Shown here: in pieces, positions 1 through 12,400 of the stretch
Numbering within the stretch: the stretch's first letter is position 1
Layout of the letters: each line of letters begins with the position of its first letter
Assembly: GCA_964402225.1 (NCBI GenBank)
Contig: CAYOBQ010000017.1
Coordinates: 10,349 to 74,348, forward strand
Direction of reading: 5' to 3'
Source: an uncultured Nannocystaceae bacterium
Lineage (GTDB): Bacteria; Myxococcota_A; Bradymonadia; UBA7976; UBA1532
Length of the DNA stretch: 64,000 nucleotides
Program-made: the position numbers and the translations under genes
Notes under the pieces: generated by a model
What the model was told of the DNA's origin: nothing
Databases searched by the model: none
Seen by the model: the letters and a program-made list of their open reading frames with translations, nothing else

Positions 1-313
1 GGACCGCGACGCGGCGCTGGCGGAGATGCGTCGCGTGACCCGGCCCGGCGGGGTGGTCGCCGTGCTCGAGTTGGCCGAGCCGGACGGCGGCGTCCTCGCG
101 CCCCTGGCGCGCTTCCATGTGCACCACGTGGTCCCGCGGATCGGAGGGTGGCTCTCGGGGGCCGGCGCCTACGGCTATCTGCGCGACTCGGTCGCCGCCT
201 TCCCCCCCGCGGACGTCTTCGCGAGCCGAATGGACGCCGCTCGGCTGGGCCGGGTGGAGGTCCTGCGGCTGGGCTTCGGCGCGGCGCATTTGTATAGCGG
301 CCTCAGTTGTTAG
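1..313 (+). CDS. ubiE: UbiE/MenG family C-methyltransferase, C-terminal part (5' end outside window)
   Basis: RRVTRPGG-VAVLE, then VPRIGGWLSG..AYGYLRDSVAAFP and GFGAAHLY; typical UbiE/MenG C-terminus. TAG at 311-313. Confidence 0.8.
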   Translation, partial: DRDAALAEMRRVTRPGGVVAVLELAEPDGGVLAPLARFHVHHVVPRIGGWLSGAGAYGYLRDSVAAFPPADVFASRMDAARLGRVEVLRLGFGAAHLYSGLSC

Positions 314-339
314 TATGACCCCTCTCCGAAAGGGGCGCT

Positions 340-2157
340 TTGAAGTTCTGTCCGAGCTGCGACCAGCATTTCGACGACGACCTCGATCTGTGCCCAGAGC
401 ACGGCCTGAAGCTGCTGCGCCTGCTCGATCCCGACGGCGCAGAGGACCTCCTCATCGGCCGCACGATCGAGGGCCGCTACGAGATCGACGGCCGCATCGG
501 CGCGGGTGGGATGGGCGCCGTCTACAGCGCGACCCAGGCCATGGTCGGGCGGCGCGTCGCGATCAAGGTGCTCAAGCCCGACGTCGCAAACGACGTCATG
601 GCCGTGAAGCGGTTCATGCAGGAGGCGCGAACGGCCAGCGCCCTCTCACACCCCAACACGATCACCATCCACGACTTCGGCCAGACCGGCGACGGCCTGC
701 TCTACCTGGTCATGGAGTTCGTGGCGGGCGAGACCCTCGACGCGGTGAGTGGGCGCGACGGCGCGATGCCGCCGGCCCGGGCGGCCCACATCGTCCGCCA
801 GATCCTCAACGCGCTCCAGGAAGCCCATGGCGCGGGCGTCGTCCACCGCGACCTGAAGCCAGACAACGTGCTGATCAGCCCCCAGGCGGGGAACCCCGAC
901 TTCCTCAAGGTCCTGGACTTCGGCCTCGCGAAGGTCACCGGCGAGAACGCGTCGGAGGGTGGGCTCACGCGGACCGGGCAGGTCTTCGGCACACCGGCCT
1001 ACATGTCCCCGGAGCAGGCCCGGGGCGAGGTCGCCGACGCCCGCGCCGACCTGTACGCCGTCGGCTGCATCCTCTACGAGCTGCTCTCGGGTCGCCGCCC
1101 CTTCGAGGCCGAGCAGCCGCTGGCGCTGTTGGTGATGCACCTCCAGGACCCGCCGCCGCCCTTCGAGACCCTCGATCCGCCGGTCGATGTCCCCGCGCCC
1201 CTGGCGCGCGTCGTGATGCGCGCGATGGAGAAGGCGCGAGAGGCGCGCTACGCCACCGCCACCGAGATGCTCGAGGACCTCGCCGACGCGCTGGAGCAGG
1301 CGGGCATCCACACCGGCTACACCAGCAACCCGAAGGGGCTCGCCCCCATCCCGTCGGGCTTCATCAGCAGCCCGGCCCTCGACCAGACGATGCTGCCGAC
1401 GGACTCCGGGCAGATCCTCGAGGCGGCCTTCGACGAGACGATGCTGCCGACGGACTCCGGGCAGATCTACGGCGCGGGGGGCGTCTCAAGCCCGGCGCTG
1501 GACGCGACCATCGCGCCCACCGGCAGCGAGCTCGACGTCGCCCTCGACTCGGACCTCCGCGGCGGAATGGAGCCACCGCCCGCAGCCCGGAGCCGGGGCC
1601 CTCTGGTCGGCCTGGGGCTCGCGGTGCTCGCCGTGGGCGCCGGGGCGGCGTGGTGGGTTCAGCGCCCCCAGCCCGTCGAGCCAGCGCCGACGCCGCCGCC
1701 GGTCGTGGCCGCCGCCGCCCCCGCTCCGCCCGACGCGCGGGTGGTGGACGCGGCCCCGCCCAAGACCGTTCACGTGCCCTTCGAGTCCACGCCGGCCGGC
1801 GCGCAGGTCGAGGTGCGCGTCGGCGATGGCGAGAAGGTCGTCAGCATCACCACCCCCGGCGGCGCGGCCTTCGACAACGGCGCCCGAATCCGCGCCGCGT
1901 TCACCCTCGCCGGCCACGCCGAGCTCGTCGCGGAGCGCACGGTGCGCCCTGGGCTGAAGGTGGTCGAGACGCTCTTCGAACTCGAGACGCCCGAGCCCGC
2001 GGCGAAGCCGACAAAGAAGAAGAAGAAGCGCCGCCGCTGGGGGCGGCGCCAGCAGAAGGTGAAGCCGCCGCCCCAGCCGGTGGTCGCACCACCGCCACCG
2101 CCACCACCACCACCCAAGGACGAGCCCGTCGACTGCCTCGACTGCGACCTCAAGTAA
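340..2157 (+). CDS. Membrane-anchored Hanks-type Ser/Thr kinase with N-terminal Zn-ribbon and extracytoplasmic PEGA-like region
   Basis: CPSC..CPEH N-terminus; GAGGMGAVY, VAIKVL, HRDLKPDN, DFG, GTPAYMSPE; TM LVGLGLAVLAVGAGAAWW; FESTPAGAQV PEGA-like start. TTG start. Confidence 0.9.
   Translation: MKFCPSCDQHFDDDLDLCPEHGLKLLRLLDPDGAEDLLIGRTIEGRYEIDGRIGAGGMGAVYSATQAMVGRRVAIKVLKPDVANDVMAVKRFMQEARTASALSHPNTITIHDFGQTGDGLLYLVMEFVAGETLDAVSGRDGAMPPARAAHIVRQILNALQEAHGAGVVHRDLKPDNVLISPQAGNPDFLKVLDFGLAKVTGENASEGGLTRTGQVFGTPAYMSPEQARGEVADARADLYAVGCILYELLSGRRPFEAEQPLALLVMHLQDPPPPFETLDPPVDVPAPLARVVMRAMEKAREARYATATEMLEDLADALEQAGIHTGYTSNPKGLAPIPSGFISSPALDQTMLPTDSGQILEAAFDETMLPTDSGQIYGAGGVSSPALDATIAPTGSELDVALDSDLRGGMEPPPAARSRGPLVGLGLAVLAVGAGAAWWVQRPQPVEPAPTPPPVVAAAAPAPPDARVVDAAPPKTVHVPFESTPAGAQVEVRVGDGEKVVSITTPGGAAFDNGARIRAAFTLAGHAELVAERTVRPGLKVVETLFELETPEPAAKPTKKKKKRRRWGRRQQKVKPPPQPVVAPPPPPPPPPKDEPVDCLDCDLK
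1381..1467 (+). repeat. In-frame tandem duplication (51-nt period) encoding D(Q/E)TMLPTDSGQI twice
   Basis: gacgatgctgccgacggactccgggcagatc occurs twice, 51 nt apart. Confidence 0.9.
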
Positions 2158-3330
2158 TCAGACGAGCCCGCGGTACATGTCTGCGTAGCCCTGCACCGCG
2201 GTGCCGAGCCCGAGTCGCTCCACCGCCCAGGTGCGCGCCGCGGCGCCGATGCGGGAGCGCTGCCCCTCGTCGTCCAGGAGATCGCCCATCGCCGCGCCGA
2301 GGGCGTCGCTGTCGCGCTCGACGAGGACCCACTCCTCGCCGCCTCGGCCCAGCTCGGGGGAGACGCCGAGGAAGCGCCCGCTGACCACCGGCAACCCGGT
2401 CGCCATGGCCTCGATGACCGCGTTGGGCAGGCCCTCCACGCGCGAGGCGAACCAGAAGGCGTCCGCCGCGCGCAGGTACTCCTCGACGTTCCATACGAGC
2501 CCCGTGAAGTGGACCCGTGGGTCATCGCGTTCCCGGAGCCCGGCGAGGTAGCCGTCGTTGCGGGCGGGGCCGACCAGCACCAGGTGCGCGTCGGGGCGAC
2601 TCGCCGCGAGGGCCCGCCACGCGTCGAGCATCAGCGCGTGCCCCTTCCGCGGGACGATCGCGCCACAGCTCACCACGATGCGACCCTCCACCGGCAACCC
2701 CAGGGTCCGTCGCAGCGCCGCCTTCTCTCCCTCGGCCGCCGGACGGAACCGGTCGGTATCGATGCCATTGGGGATCGCGTGGATCGGGGTACGGACGCCG
2801 ATCTCGCGGAGCGAATCCGCCATCGCGCTGCTGTTGACGACCACCGCCGTCGCGAGCTCGAAGGGCGCGCGCCACACGAGGGGCTGGACGCGGCGCCACA
2901 GGGGTCGGGGGCTGGGCTCATTGAGCAGCGTGTAGCCGACCACGACCGGGATGCCCGCGGCGCGCACCACCGACAGCCACGGGGAGAAGGCGAGCTCCGC
3001 CGAGCCGACTTGGACCACGTCGGGGCGCGTGCGCAGACAGAAGCGCGCGAGGGCCGCGCCGTACATCGGGGTGCGCAGCCTTCGATCGTGGAGGCGGACG
3101 CGGTGCACCGAGACGCCGTCGACCTCGCGGGGCGGAACCGAGCGTCCTACCGGGACGTCGATCCAGTCCGAGGTGTCCTCGTCGGCGCGCAGCTTGTGGG
3201 CCGGCGTCGTCGCGGCGAAGACCGACATCGAGATGCCCTGCGCGCGCAGCCCCGCGGCGTAGCGCTTGAAACGAAGGGCCGCCCCCGAGTAGCCGGGGAA
3301 GTAGGAGCGCAGGGCCAACAGCATCCGCAT
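2158..3330 (-). CDS. Glycosyltransferase family 4 (GT-B fold)
   Basis: IPNGIDTDRF, RKGH, EGLPNAVIEAMATGLPVV motifs. Confidence 0.9.
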   Translation of the reverse strand: MRMLLALRSYFPGYSGAALRFKRYAAGLRAQGISMSVFAATTPAHKLRADEDTSDWIDVPVGRSVPPREVDGVSVHRVRLHDRRLRTPMYGAALARFCLRTRPDVVQVGSAELAFSPWLSVVRAAGIPVVVGYTLLNEPSPRPLWRRVQPLVWRAPFELATAVVVNSSAMADSLREIGVRTPIHAIPNGIDTDRFRPAAEGEKAALRRTLGLPVEGRIVVSCGAIVPRKGHALMLDAWRALAASRPDAHLVLVGPARNDGYLAGLRERDDPRVHFTGLVWNVEEYLRAADAFWFASRVEGLPNAVIEAMATGLPVVSGRFLGVSPELGRGGEEWVLVERDSDALGAAMGDLLDDEGQRSRIGAAARTWAVERLGLGTAVQGYADMYRGLV

Positions 3331-3387
3331 GGCGTCCAGGTACCATTTCGCGTACGCGCCGGTCCACGGGTCGGGTAGGGTGGCCTG

Positions 3388-4086
3388 GTGCAGGCCATAG
3401 CCGGGCTCGGAATGGTGGTCATCCTCGCCTGGCCGCAGGCCCAGGAGGCGGGGGAGACCGCGCGCTCGGTCCTCCGAGACGACGCCTACCAGCGAACCCT
3501 ACCCGTGGGCGAGGCACCGAAGGCACCGAAGGCACCGGAGAGCTCGGAGTCTTCCTCGCCCCGCGACTGGAGGGGGGGCGCGTCGGCGAGCGGACAGTCG
3601 AGCGGTGACTCGATCGGGACGGCGAGCGGCCTCGTCACGACGCTCGCGTGGATCGTCGGCGGCGTCGTGCTCGCCGCCGTCCTCTTCGTCTTCTTCCGGG
3701 AATGGGCGGCCGGACGCGGCAGCGACGGCCGCGAGGGCGTGGCGGAGAGCGCCGCGCAGGCGCCACGGATCCGACTGGACGCCGGTGCCTTGGGGGACGC
3801 GGAGGCGCTGGCTCGGGCGGGGCGCTTCGTCGACGCGATCCACGTCCTGCTGCTGCGCACCTTCGAGGCGATCGGTCGGCGCGCGCGGCTGCCCACCTCG
3901 CTGACGAGCCGGGAGATCCTCGCGCAGGTCCCCATGAGCGATGCCGCGCGAGGTGCCCTCGGGGAGCTGGTCACGGCCGTCGAGATCAGCCACTTCGGAG
4001 GCCAGGGCGCCGTCGAGGCAGACTTCGAGCTGTGCCTCGAGCGCTACCGCGCGGTCCTCGAAGCGGAGGGGGTCAGCGCCGCGTGA
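3388..4086 (+). CDS. DUF4129 domain membrane protein
   Basis: One TM, then AEALARAGRFVDAIHVLLL...SLTSREIL...FGG..A.EADF; context with DUF4350/MoxR. Confidence 0.75.
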   Translation: MQAIAGLGMVVILAWPQAQEAGETARSVLRDDAYQRTLPVGEAPKAPKAPESSESSSPRDWRGGASASGQSSGDSIGTASGLVTTLAWIVGGVVLAAVLFVFFREWAAGRGSDGREGVAESAAQAPRIRLDAGALGDAEALARAGRFVDAIHVLLLRTFEAIGRRARLPTSLTSREILAQVPMSDAARGALGELVTAVEISHFGGQGAVEADFELCLERYRAVLEAEGVSAA

Positions 4087-5300
4087 GCCTGCCTCGCACG
4101 GAGTCTACGCCCTTCGATCGGCGGATCGCCCGCTTCCTGGCGGGGGTGGCGGTCGCGTCGTTCGTGGCGGGCATCTTGCTGGCCATCCTCGGGGGCCACG
4201 TCGACGAGGTCGAGTCCTCCGGTGCCGACACCTTCAGCCGCTCCGCCGTCGGTCATCGGGCGTTGCTCGAGACCTTGCGGCGCTTGGACGTGCCGCTGCT
4301 GGTGAGCCGCTTCGAGACGGCGCGCAAGGCGGGGCCGGGGACTGTCCTGGTGCTCATCGAGCCGAGGAATCACCAGCTCGCGGCGACCATGCTGCGGGAG
4401 GCGCAGACCGATCGCGTGGTCCTCGTGCTGCCGAAGTGGGACGCGCCGCCGGATGCCAGGAAGCCCGGGCACGTACGCGAGGTCTACTTCGGCGTCGGCG
4501 CCGACCGTCTGCTGGGCGCGCTCGAGATCGAGGCCGCGACCCACGTCGTCGAGGCGAGGGTCGGCGTGGTGGCCACCGGCGGGTTGCCGACGCCGACCCC
4601 CGCCGCCGAGCACTTGCAGGGCGTCGACGGGATCGAGCCGCTCGTCAGCGCGGGGGGCTTCGCCCTGGTGGGGCGGACGCGGATCGGTGACAAGGACGCG
4701 TGGGTGGTCGCCGATCCGGATCTGACGAATAGCGCGGGACTCGGCCTCGGCGAGAACGCGGCGCTGACCCTCGAGATCCTCGGGCGCGCGGCCCAGGGCG
4801 GGCGGACGCTGGTCATCGACGAGACCGCCAACGGCTACGTGCGCCCGCCGGAGGTGTGGTCCGCGCTCTTCGAGTTCCCCCTGGTGCTGGTGGTCTTCCA
4901 CGCCCTGCTCCTGCTCGGCGCCCTGCTGTGGGCCGCGATGCGGCGGTTTGGGGCGCCGCGACCGTCCGTGCCCGTTTTCGCGCGGGGGGGGGAGGCCCTG
5001 ATGGAGAGCACCGCCGCGTTGATGCGCTACGGCGGACACTCGGGTCACGCGCTGCGCGAGTATTGGCGGGCCGCGCTCCGGCAGATGCGGGAGGCGACGG
5101 GCGCGCCGGCGGGCCTGGGACACGACGAGCTGCTGGCGTGGCTCGACCGAATCGCGGGGGCGCGCGGGATCGAGACCAGCGCCGGACGTGTCGCCGCGCA
5201 GGTGCGAGACGCCGCGAGCTCGGGCCGAGGCGAGGCGGTGGCCGACGCCGCCCGCCGGGTGCATGCCTATCGGGAACGACTTCTTGGAGTGAGGGAGTAG
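4083..5300 (+). CDS. DUF4350 domain membrane protein
   Basis: GTG start overlaps the upstream TGA; TM, SRSAVGHRALLETL, ADPDLTN.GLG..ENAAL, second TM, RRFG motif. Confidence 0.75.
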   Translation: MSLPRTESTPFDRRIARFLAGVAVASFVAGILLAILGGHVDEVESSGADTFSRSAVGHRALLETLRRLDVPLLVSRFETARKAGPGTVLVLIEPRNHQLAATMLREAQTDRVVLVLPKWDAPPDARKPGHVREVYFGVGADRLLGALEIEAATHVVEARVGVVATGGLPTPTPAAEHLQGVDGIEPLVSAGGFALVGRTRIGDKDAWVVADPDLTNSAGLGLGENAALTLEILGRAAQGGRTLVIDETANGYVRPPEVWSALFEFPLVLVVFHALLLLGALLWAAMRRFGAPRPSVPVFARGGEALMESTAALMRYGGHSGHALREYWRAALRQMREATGAPAGLGHDELLAWLDRIAGARGIETSAGRVAAQVRDAASSGRGEAVADAARRVHAYRERLLGVRE

Positions 5301-6253
<953 letters not shown>

Positions 6254-6257
<4 letters not shown>

Positions 6258-7567
6258 CACCGACGCTGCGATCGGTGGTCGTCTTCGCCGTCGGGCTCCC
6301 GGCGGCGCTCCTGCCCGTCTTGGTGGATGCCCGGCTCTGGACGCTGTGGCTCGCCTTCGTGGTGGTGGCGGTGGTGGCGATGGCCACCGACGCGGCCCTC
6401 GGGCTCCCGCGGCGGCGGCTCGAGATCGCGGTGGAGCTGCCCGGGACGCTCTACATCGGCGACACCGATCCGATGCAGGTGACGCTCGACGGGGGCGGCT
6501 GGCCGAGGGCGATCCGCGCCGAGCTGCTGCCGGAGTTCGGCGCGCACCTCGCGACCCAGCCACTGCACACCCTCGAGCTCCCGGCGGGGGCCCCCGGCAC
6601 GGCCCGGATCCGGCTGAGCCCGACGCGGCGAGGGACGGCGGAGGTGCGCGCCCTGTGGATTCGGTGGCGCGGCCCGCTGGGGCTGATCCAGCGGAGCCTG
6701 CGACACCCCCTCGATCGCGAGGTGGCCGTCGTGCCAAACATCCGCGCGGTGCGGGCGGCGGCGCTACAGCTCCTCTCGCGCCACAATCTGATGGTCGGCC
6801 TGAAGGCCCACCGGTTCGTCGGCGACGGGTCGGAGTTCGACACGCTCACGGAGTACCGCAAGGGGCTGGACCCGCGGGCGATGGACTGGAAGGCGTCGGC
6901 CCGCCACCGCAAGCTCGTCTGCCGTGAGTTCCGGGCAGAGCGCAACCACCAGGTCGTGATCGCCTTCGACACCGGCCACTTGATGGGAGAGCCCGTCGCC
7001 GGGGTGCCGAAGCTCGACTGCGCCATCAACAGCGGCCTGCTCCTCGCCTACTACAGCCTCCGCGCCGGGGACCGGGTGGCGCTGTTCGCCTTCGACGACC
7101 GCGTCCGGCAGTTCGTCGAGCCGCGGGGCGGGGTGCGCGCGATCCACGCGCTGCAACAGCAGGCCGCCGCGATCGAGTACGGCGAGGCGGAGACCAACTT
7201 CACGCTGGGTCTGACGCACCTGGCGCGGCGGCTCCGGCGACGGTCCCTGGTGGTGGTCCTCACCGACTTCGTGGACACCGTCACCGCCGAGCTCATGGTC
7301 GACAACCTCGGCCGGCTGGCGCGCCGCCATGTGGTGATCTTCGTGTCCCTCGCCGATCCGACGCTGACGGACGAGGCCCGCGCGCGCCCCCGCGACCTGC
7401 ACCAGATGCACCGCTCCGTCGTCGCCGGCGACCTGCTCTTGGAGCGCCGCCGCGTGGTCGGGAAGCTCCGGCGCCGCGGCGTGTTCTGCATCGACGTGCC
7501 CCCCGAGCAGGTGTCCGCGCGGCTGGTCAATCGCTACCTCGAGATCAAGCGGCGGGAGCTGGTTTGA
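6254..7567 (+). CDS. DUF58 domain protein
   Basis: ATGA overlap with moxR; [38 protein letters not shown]. Confidence 0.9.
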
Positions 7568-8559
7568 GCGACGCCCCCACCCTCAAGAGCGTCGAGTTCA
7601 GACGAGAGCGCCAGGCGTCGTGGGTCGAGCTCGAGGTGCTCGTCGACCAGGTCAGCAAGCGCGGCACGCGGTCGCTCTCGGCGGAGGACGCCGCGCGGCT
7701 GCCGATGCTCTACCGGGGCACCCTCTCCGCGTTGAGCGTCGCGCGGGCGATCTCCCTCGACCAGAACGTGCTCGCCTACCTCGAGAGCCTGTGCGGGCGC
7801 GCCTACTTCGCCGTCTATGGCACCAAGGTGCCGCTGTGGATCTCGCTGCGCACCTTCTTCTGGAGTTGGCTGCCGCGGGCGATGCGCTCGATCCGTTGGC
7901 CGCTGCTCCTGGCCGCCGCGTTCATGGCCGCTGGTGGACTGGCCGGCTTCTTCCTCACGCTGGACGACATGGATCGCTACTACGCCTTCGTGCCGTCGGC
8001 GATGTCCGACGGGCGCAACCCGGCGGCGACGACCGAGTTCCTGCGCGCGGGGCTCTACGACCAGACCTCCGTCGTCGATCGCCTCGTGGGCTTCGCGTCC
8101 TTTCTGTTCTCGCACAACGCGCGCATCGGAATGATGGCCTTCGCGCTGGGCTTCGCGGCGGGCCTGCCGGTGCTCTATCTGCTGTTCTACAACGGGCTCA
8201 TCCTCGGCTCGTTTGCGGCGCTCTACCACGCGCGGGGGCTGTCGGTGGATCTGTGGGGCTGGTTGCTGCCCCACGGGGTCACCGAGCTCGGAGCGGTGGT
8301 GGTGTGCGGTGCCGCGGGGCTCGTCCTGGCCCGCGCCCTGATGTTCCCCGGACGCTACTCGCGCGTCGAGAGCCTCGCGCGCCAGGGTCGCGTCGCCGCC
8401 GGGATCGTCGCGGGCGCGGTGGGCATGTTCTTCCTGGCGGCGCTGATCGAGGGGATCTTCCGACAGACCGTGACCGATGGGCTCCTCCGCTACGGCCTGG
8501 CGCTTGCGACGCTGGCGTTGTGGACGCTCTATTTCGGCTTCGCGGGGCGGCGCGCATGA
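7564..8559 (+). CDS. Stage II sporulation protein M (SpoIIM) family membrane protein
   Basis: F...RQASW.ELE; FLFSHNARI; FYNG.ILG; LLPHGVTEL. Confidence 0.9.
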   Translation: MSDAPTLKSVEFRRERQASWVELEVLVDQVSKRGTRSLSAEDAARLPMLYRGTLSALSVARAISLDQNVLAYLESLCGRAYFAVYGTKVPLWISLRTFFWSWLPRAMRSIRWPLLLAAAFMAAGGLAGFFLTLDDMDRYYAFVPSAMSDGRNPAATTEFLRAGLYDQTSVVDRLVGFASFLFSHNARIGMMAFALGFAAGLPVLYLLFYNGLILGSFAALYHARGLSVDLWGWLLPHGVTELGAVVVCGAAGLVLARALMFPGRYSRVESLARQGRVAAGIVAGAVGMFFLAALIEGIFRQTVTDGLLRYGLALATLALWTLYFGFAGRRA

Positions 8560-9428
8560 TCCGCTGGGGCAAAGAGGTCGCAGACCTCCGAGAGGTCGTC
8601 ACCCCCGAGGGCGTCCCGCTCCAGTTCAGCCTCGCGACCTTCGGCGAGCGGCTCACGGCGTTCCTCACCGACGTCGTCCTGATGTTCCTGATCCTCATCG
8701 TGATCGTGGTCGTGATGCTCTTCTCCTTCGGTGGCGGGCACTACCTCGGCGCCGCGGCCACCCTGGCGATGTTCCTCATCCGCAGCTTCTACTTCGCCGG
8801 CTTCGAGTACGCGATGCGGGGCGCCACGCCGGGGAAGCGCATGCTCCGACTGCGGGTCATCGATCGTCGCGGCGGGACCCTCGAGCCGGCGGCGATCTTC
8901 GCCCGAAACCTCACCCGCGAGCTCGAGTTCTTCCTGCCCCTGGCCCTGATGGTCCAGCCCGCCGCCCTCTACCCCGGCGCGAAGGGCTGGATCGGGTGGG
9001 CGAGCTCGGCCTGGTGCTTCGTCTTCCTGGTGATCCCGGCGATCAACCGGGACCGGCTGCGCGTCGGCGACCTGGTCGGGGGCACCATGGTGGTCCGGGC
9101 GCCCCGCGCCGCGCTGCTCGGCGACGTGGCGGACGACGCCAGCGTGGCGTTCACCTTCACCACCGAGCAGCTCGGGCACTACGGCAACTACGAGCTCCAG
9201 GTGCTCGAAGACCTGCTCCGCAAAGGCGACAACGTCGATCTCGACTCGATCGCGATCGTCGTCGAGAAGATCCGTCGCCGGATCGACCACCCCCTCGTGA
9301 AGCAGGGGCTCGAGGCCCAGTTCCTGCGCGACTTCTACGCCGCCCAGCGCTCGGCCCTTGAGCGGGGGATGCTCTTCGGGAAGAAGAAGGCCGACAAGAA
9401 CGCGGCGCGCGCGCGGTCCCTCGATTGA
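8556..9428 (+). CDS. RDD family membrane protein
   Basis: VTPEGV.L, R..AFLTD, YF..FE...[25 protein letters not shown]. Confidence 0.9.
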   Translation: MIRWGKEVADLREVVTPEGVPLQFSLATFGERLTAFLTDVVLMFLILIVIVVVMLFSFGGGHYLGAAATLAMFLIRSFYFAGFEYAMRGATPGKRMLRLRVIDRRGGTLEPAAIFARNLTRELEFFLPLALMVQPAALYPGAKGWIGWASSAWCFVFLVIPAINRDRLRVGDLVGGTMVVRAPRAALLGDVADDASVAFTFTTEQLGHYGNYELQVLEDLLRKGDNVDLDSIAIVVEKIRRRIDHPLVKQGLEAQFLRDFYAAQRSALERGMLFGKKKADKNAARARSLD

Positions 9429-9486
9429 CCGTGCGGGTGCCGGATGACACACTTCCCGGACCCTCGACTGTGGGCATCGAACGGAT

Positions 9487-12400
9487 ATGCACGCCGGCCT
9501 CGACGTAGTCCGTGCGCTCGACGGACTCGAGCTTCCCGACGACTCGGCGGAGTTCATCCGCGACGCCCACGCGGCGCTGGTCGCGGGGCGCGCGCGGCAG
9601 TGCGTCGAGGGGCTCGAGCAGCTCGGGCCCGAGGCGGGTGGGGCCGCTGCCTACTTGCTGGGGCTCGCACAGCTCGCCCGCGGCGACCTCTACCGCGCCG
9701 GGACCGCCTTCGAGCACGCGACGCAGGCCGATCCCAAGCTCTTCCGTGCTCGGTTTCAGCTCGCCCGGGTCTGCGAGGCGCGCGAGGACGACCAGCGCGC
9801 CGCCGAGGTCCTGCGCGCTGCGCTCCAGCTCCAGCCCGACGAGCCCGACGCCATCGGCGCGTTGGCGCGGGTCTACACTCGGATGGGACGCCTGGAGCGC
9901 GCCGAGGCCCTGACCCGCCGCGGGCTCGAGCTCGACGCGGGATCGCCGACGCTGTTGTCGGCGCTGGCCGACGCCCTGCGCGCCCAAGGCCGCCACGCCG
10001 ACGCCGTCGCCGCGCTGCGTCGAGCGCTACCGAGGGCCGAGGAAGAACCGGAGGTCCACCTCGGCCTGGGCCGGCTGCTCCTCGAGATCGGGCAGCCGGA
10101 CGAGGCGCGGCCGATCTTCGAGGCGGTGCTGCGTCGCAACGCGGACTCCACCGAGGCGCTGGCGGGGATGGCCCGTGCCCTCGAGCGTGAGGGCCACCTC
10201 TCGGAGGCGCATGGATACGTGCTGCGGGCCATGGCGGCGGTCCCCGACCGAGCGGAGCTGCATTTGCTCCACGCCCGCATCAACCTCGCGACGGGTCGCT
10301 TCGACGCCGCCGAGACCTCCGCCGCGATGGCCGCCACGCTGGAGCCCCACAACCCGGAGGCGCTCCGACTGGCCATCCGGGCGGCCACCGCGCGCCGCCG
10401 CTTCCCCGAGGCCGCGGAGTACGCGGCGCGCCTGCTGCGACAAGCGCCGCGCGACGCACAGGCGGTCGCGGCACAGGCCCTGCACGAGGTGTTGTCGAGC
10501 CAGGCCGAGGCGGCCTGGGCCCGAATCGAGCCGCTGTTGAGCCGGCTGGACGACGCGCCGGATCTCCAGCTCGCCGCCGGCTGCGCGCTGCTCGCCGTGG
10601 GGCGCGCCGGCGAGGCGACCGACCACTTCAAGGAGGTGGTGCGCCTGCGGGACGGAGACGATCTCGCCCAGCGGCTGCTCGGCCTGGCCTACCGCTGCGA
10701 GCACGACCCGTCGACCAACGCGCGCTTCGCGGTGGCGCACTTGCTCAACACCGGCGAGGAGCCCGACGACGAGGACGACGAGAACACCGCGGTCCTCGAG
10801 GGGGAGGTGGCGATGCCCTCCCGGCTCGGCGAGTCGAGTGCCAGCGATCTGCCGCGGAACGTGACGGGCCCCATCGCGCCGCTGGTGGAGGCCGCCGTGA
10901 AGGCGCTGCTCGCCGAGGACCAACCGTCACCAGCGGCTCGCCCCTGGAGCGACGCCGAGGCCGCGCCCGTCCCTTCGGTGCCTGACGATCCGCCCAGCTT
11001 CACGCCCCGAGACGCCGAGCCGACGCGGCCCGACATGGACGTGCCGTCGTTGCCGCGCGGCGAGGCGGCGCCCGCCCCGCGGCGGCGGGCGGAGGACGTG
11101 CAGGCGCGGCTCCCCATCTTCGCCCCCGATTCGCAGCCCCCCGGGGTGAGCCTCGAGCTGCGATCGGCCCGTGGCGCCTTGGCGGACGTGAGCGAGCTGC
11201 TGCATCCGCTGCGGCGCGTGCTCGCGAGTGAGCCCGCCTTCTCCGATCTGGTCGCGCGGGTCGAGGGCATGATCGAGACCCACGACCAGCCGCTGGTGAT
11301 GGCGGTCCTCGGCCGGGCCGGGTCTGGCAAGACCACCTTCGTCAACGCCCTCATCGGGCAGCGGATCATCCCGACTGGCACGACGGTGCCCCATCGGCTC
11401 CGCTACGGGCGACGGGCGGCGGGCCGCGTGCTCTACCGCGACGGCCGCGCGGAGATGGTGCCGACCGAAGAGCTCGCCGAGCTGGTGCGTCGGGCCGAAG
11501 CCGGAGAGGTGAAGCAGGTCGAGGTCCTGATGCCCGTCGAGGAGCTCACCCGCGTGAGCATCATCGACGCGCCGGATCCCCTCGCGCCCGAGGTGGCGCC
11601 GCTGCTCAGGAACGCCGACGCGGTGGTCTGGCTGGGCGGGGTCGATCAGGGAGAGGGCGCGTGGCGCGAGGCCGCGGCGTGGCTCGACGAGAACCCGGTG
11701 GCGGCGATCGCTGTGCTCACGCGGGCCGATCTGGTGGACGCCGACAGCCTCGAGCGCGGCCGGCTGGCCACGCGATCGGTCCTGGGCGCGCGGGTTCGGG
11801 CGGTGGTGTCCGTCAGCTCACGGCGTGGGCTTGAGGGGCTGCGGAGCCGGGACATCGCGGCGCTGCGCGCGAGCGGCTTCACGCGGCTGCACCGGGCGCT
11901 TCGGAGCCACTTCTTCTCCCGGGCGGGGCTCATCCGCGGCGACGCCGTCGCCCGCCGCAGCGACCAGATCCGGGGGAGCGCCCGGGCGCGCCTGGAGGCT
12001 CGAATGGCCCGCGTCGAGGCGCGCGCGGAGGCGGTCGGTGCCTTGGCTGCGAGGGTGGCGCAGGACCGTGACCGGTTCCGTCACCACGCGGCGGCCGTCG
12101 CGCTCCCGCAGCTCGAGGGCGCCCTCGAACGATCGCTGGAGGAGTGCGCGGGGGATCTGGAAGAGATCCGACGAGAGAACCCCGGCAGCTTCGGTCGTGT
12201 CCACCTGCTCGACGCGCTCCGCGGTCGGCTGCGGAGGGGCTTCGGGGAGGCGGTCGGCGCGGTGCGCGCCGGCCTCGACGCCGAGCTCACCGGGTTGGTC
12301 GATGACTACTTTCAGGCCTTTGACTCGATCTTCCGCGCTCAGGAGGACGAGGCGCAGCGGGCGCGGATAGCCGGGCTCCAGGGCATCATCGACAGCTACC

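Noticed and set aside
319-339. CCCCT-N7-AGGGG hairpin after ubiE as a terminator
   Set aside because: Only a 5-bp stem with a weak U-tract, and it overlaps the likely RBS of the kinase.
3514-3540. 9-nt tandem repeat x3 (APK-APK-APE)
   Set aside because: Short low-complexity linker with no functional inference possible.
4984-4992. G9 homopolymer as a possible phase-variation switch
   Set aside because: The reading frame is intact through it (ARGGEA) and such runs are unremarkable at this GC; no evidence of slippage.
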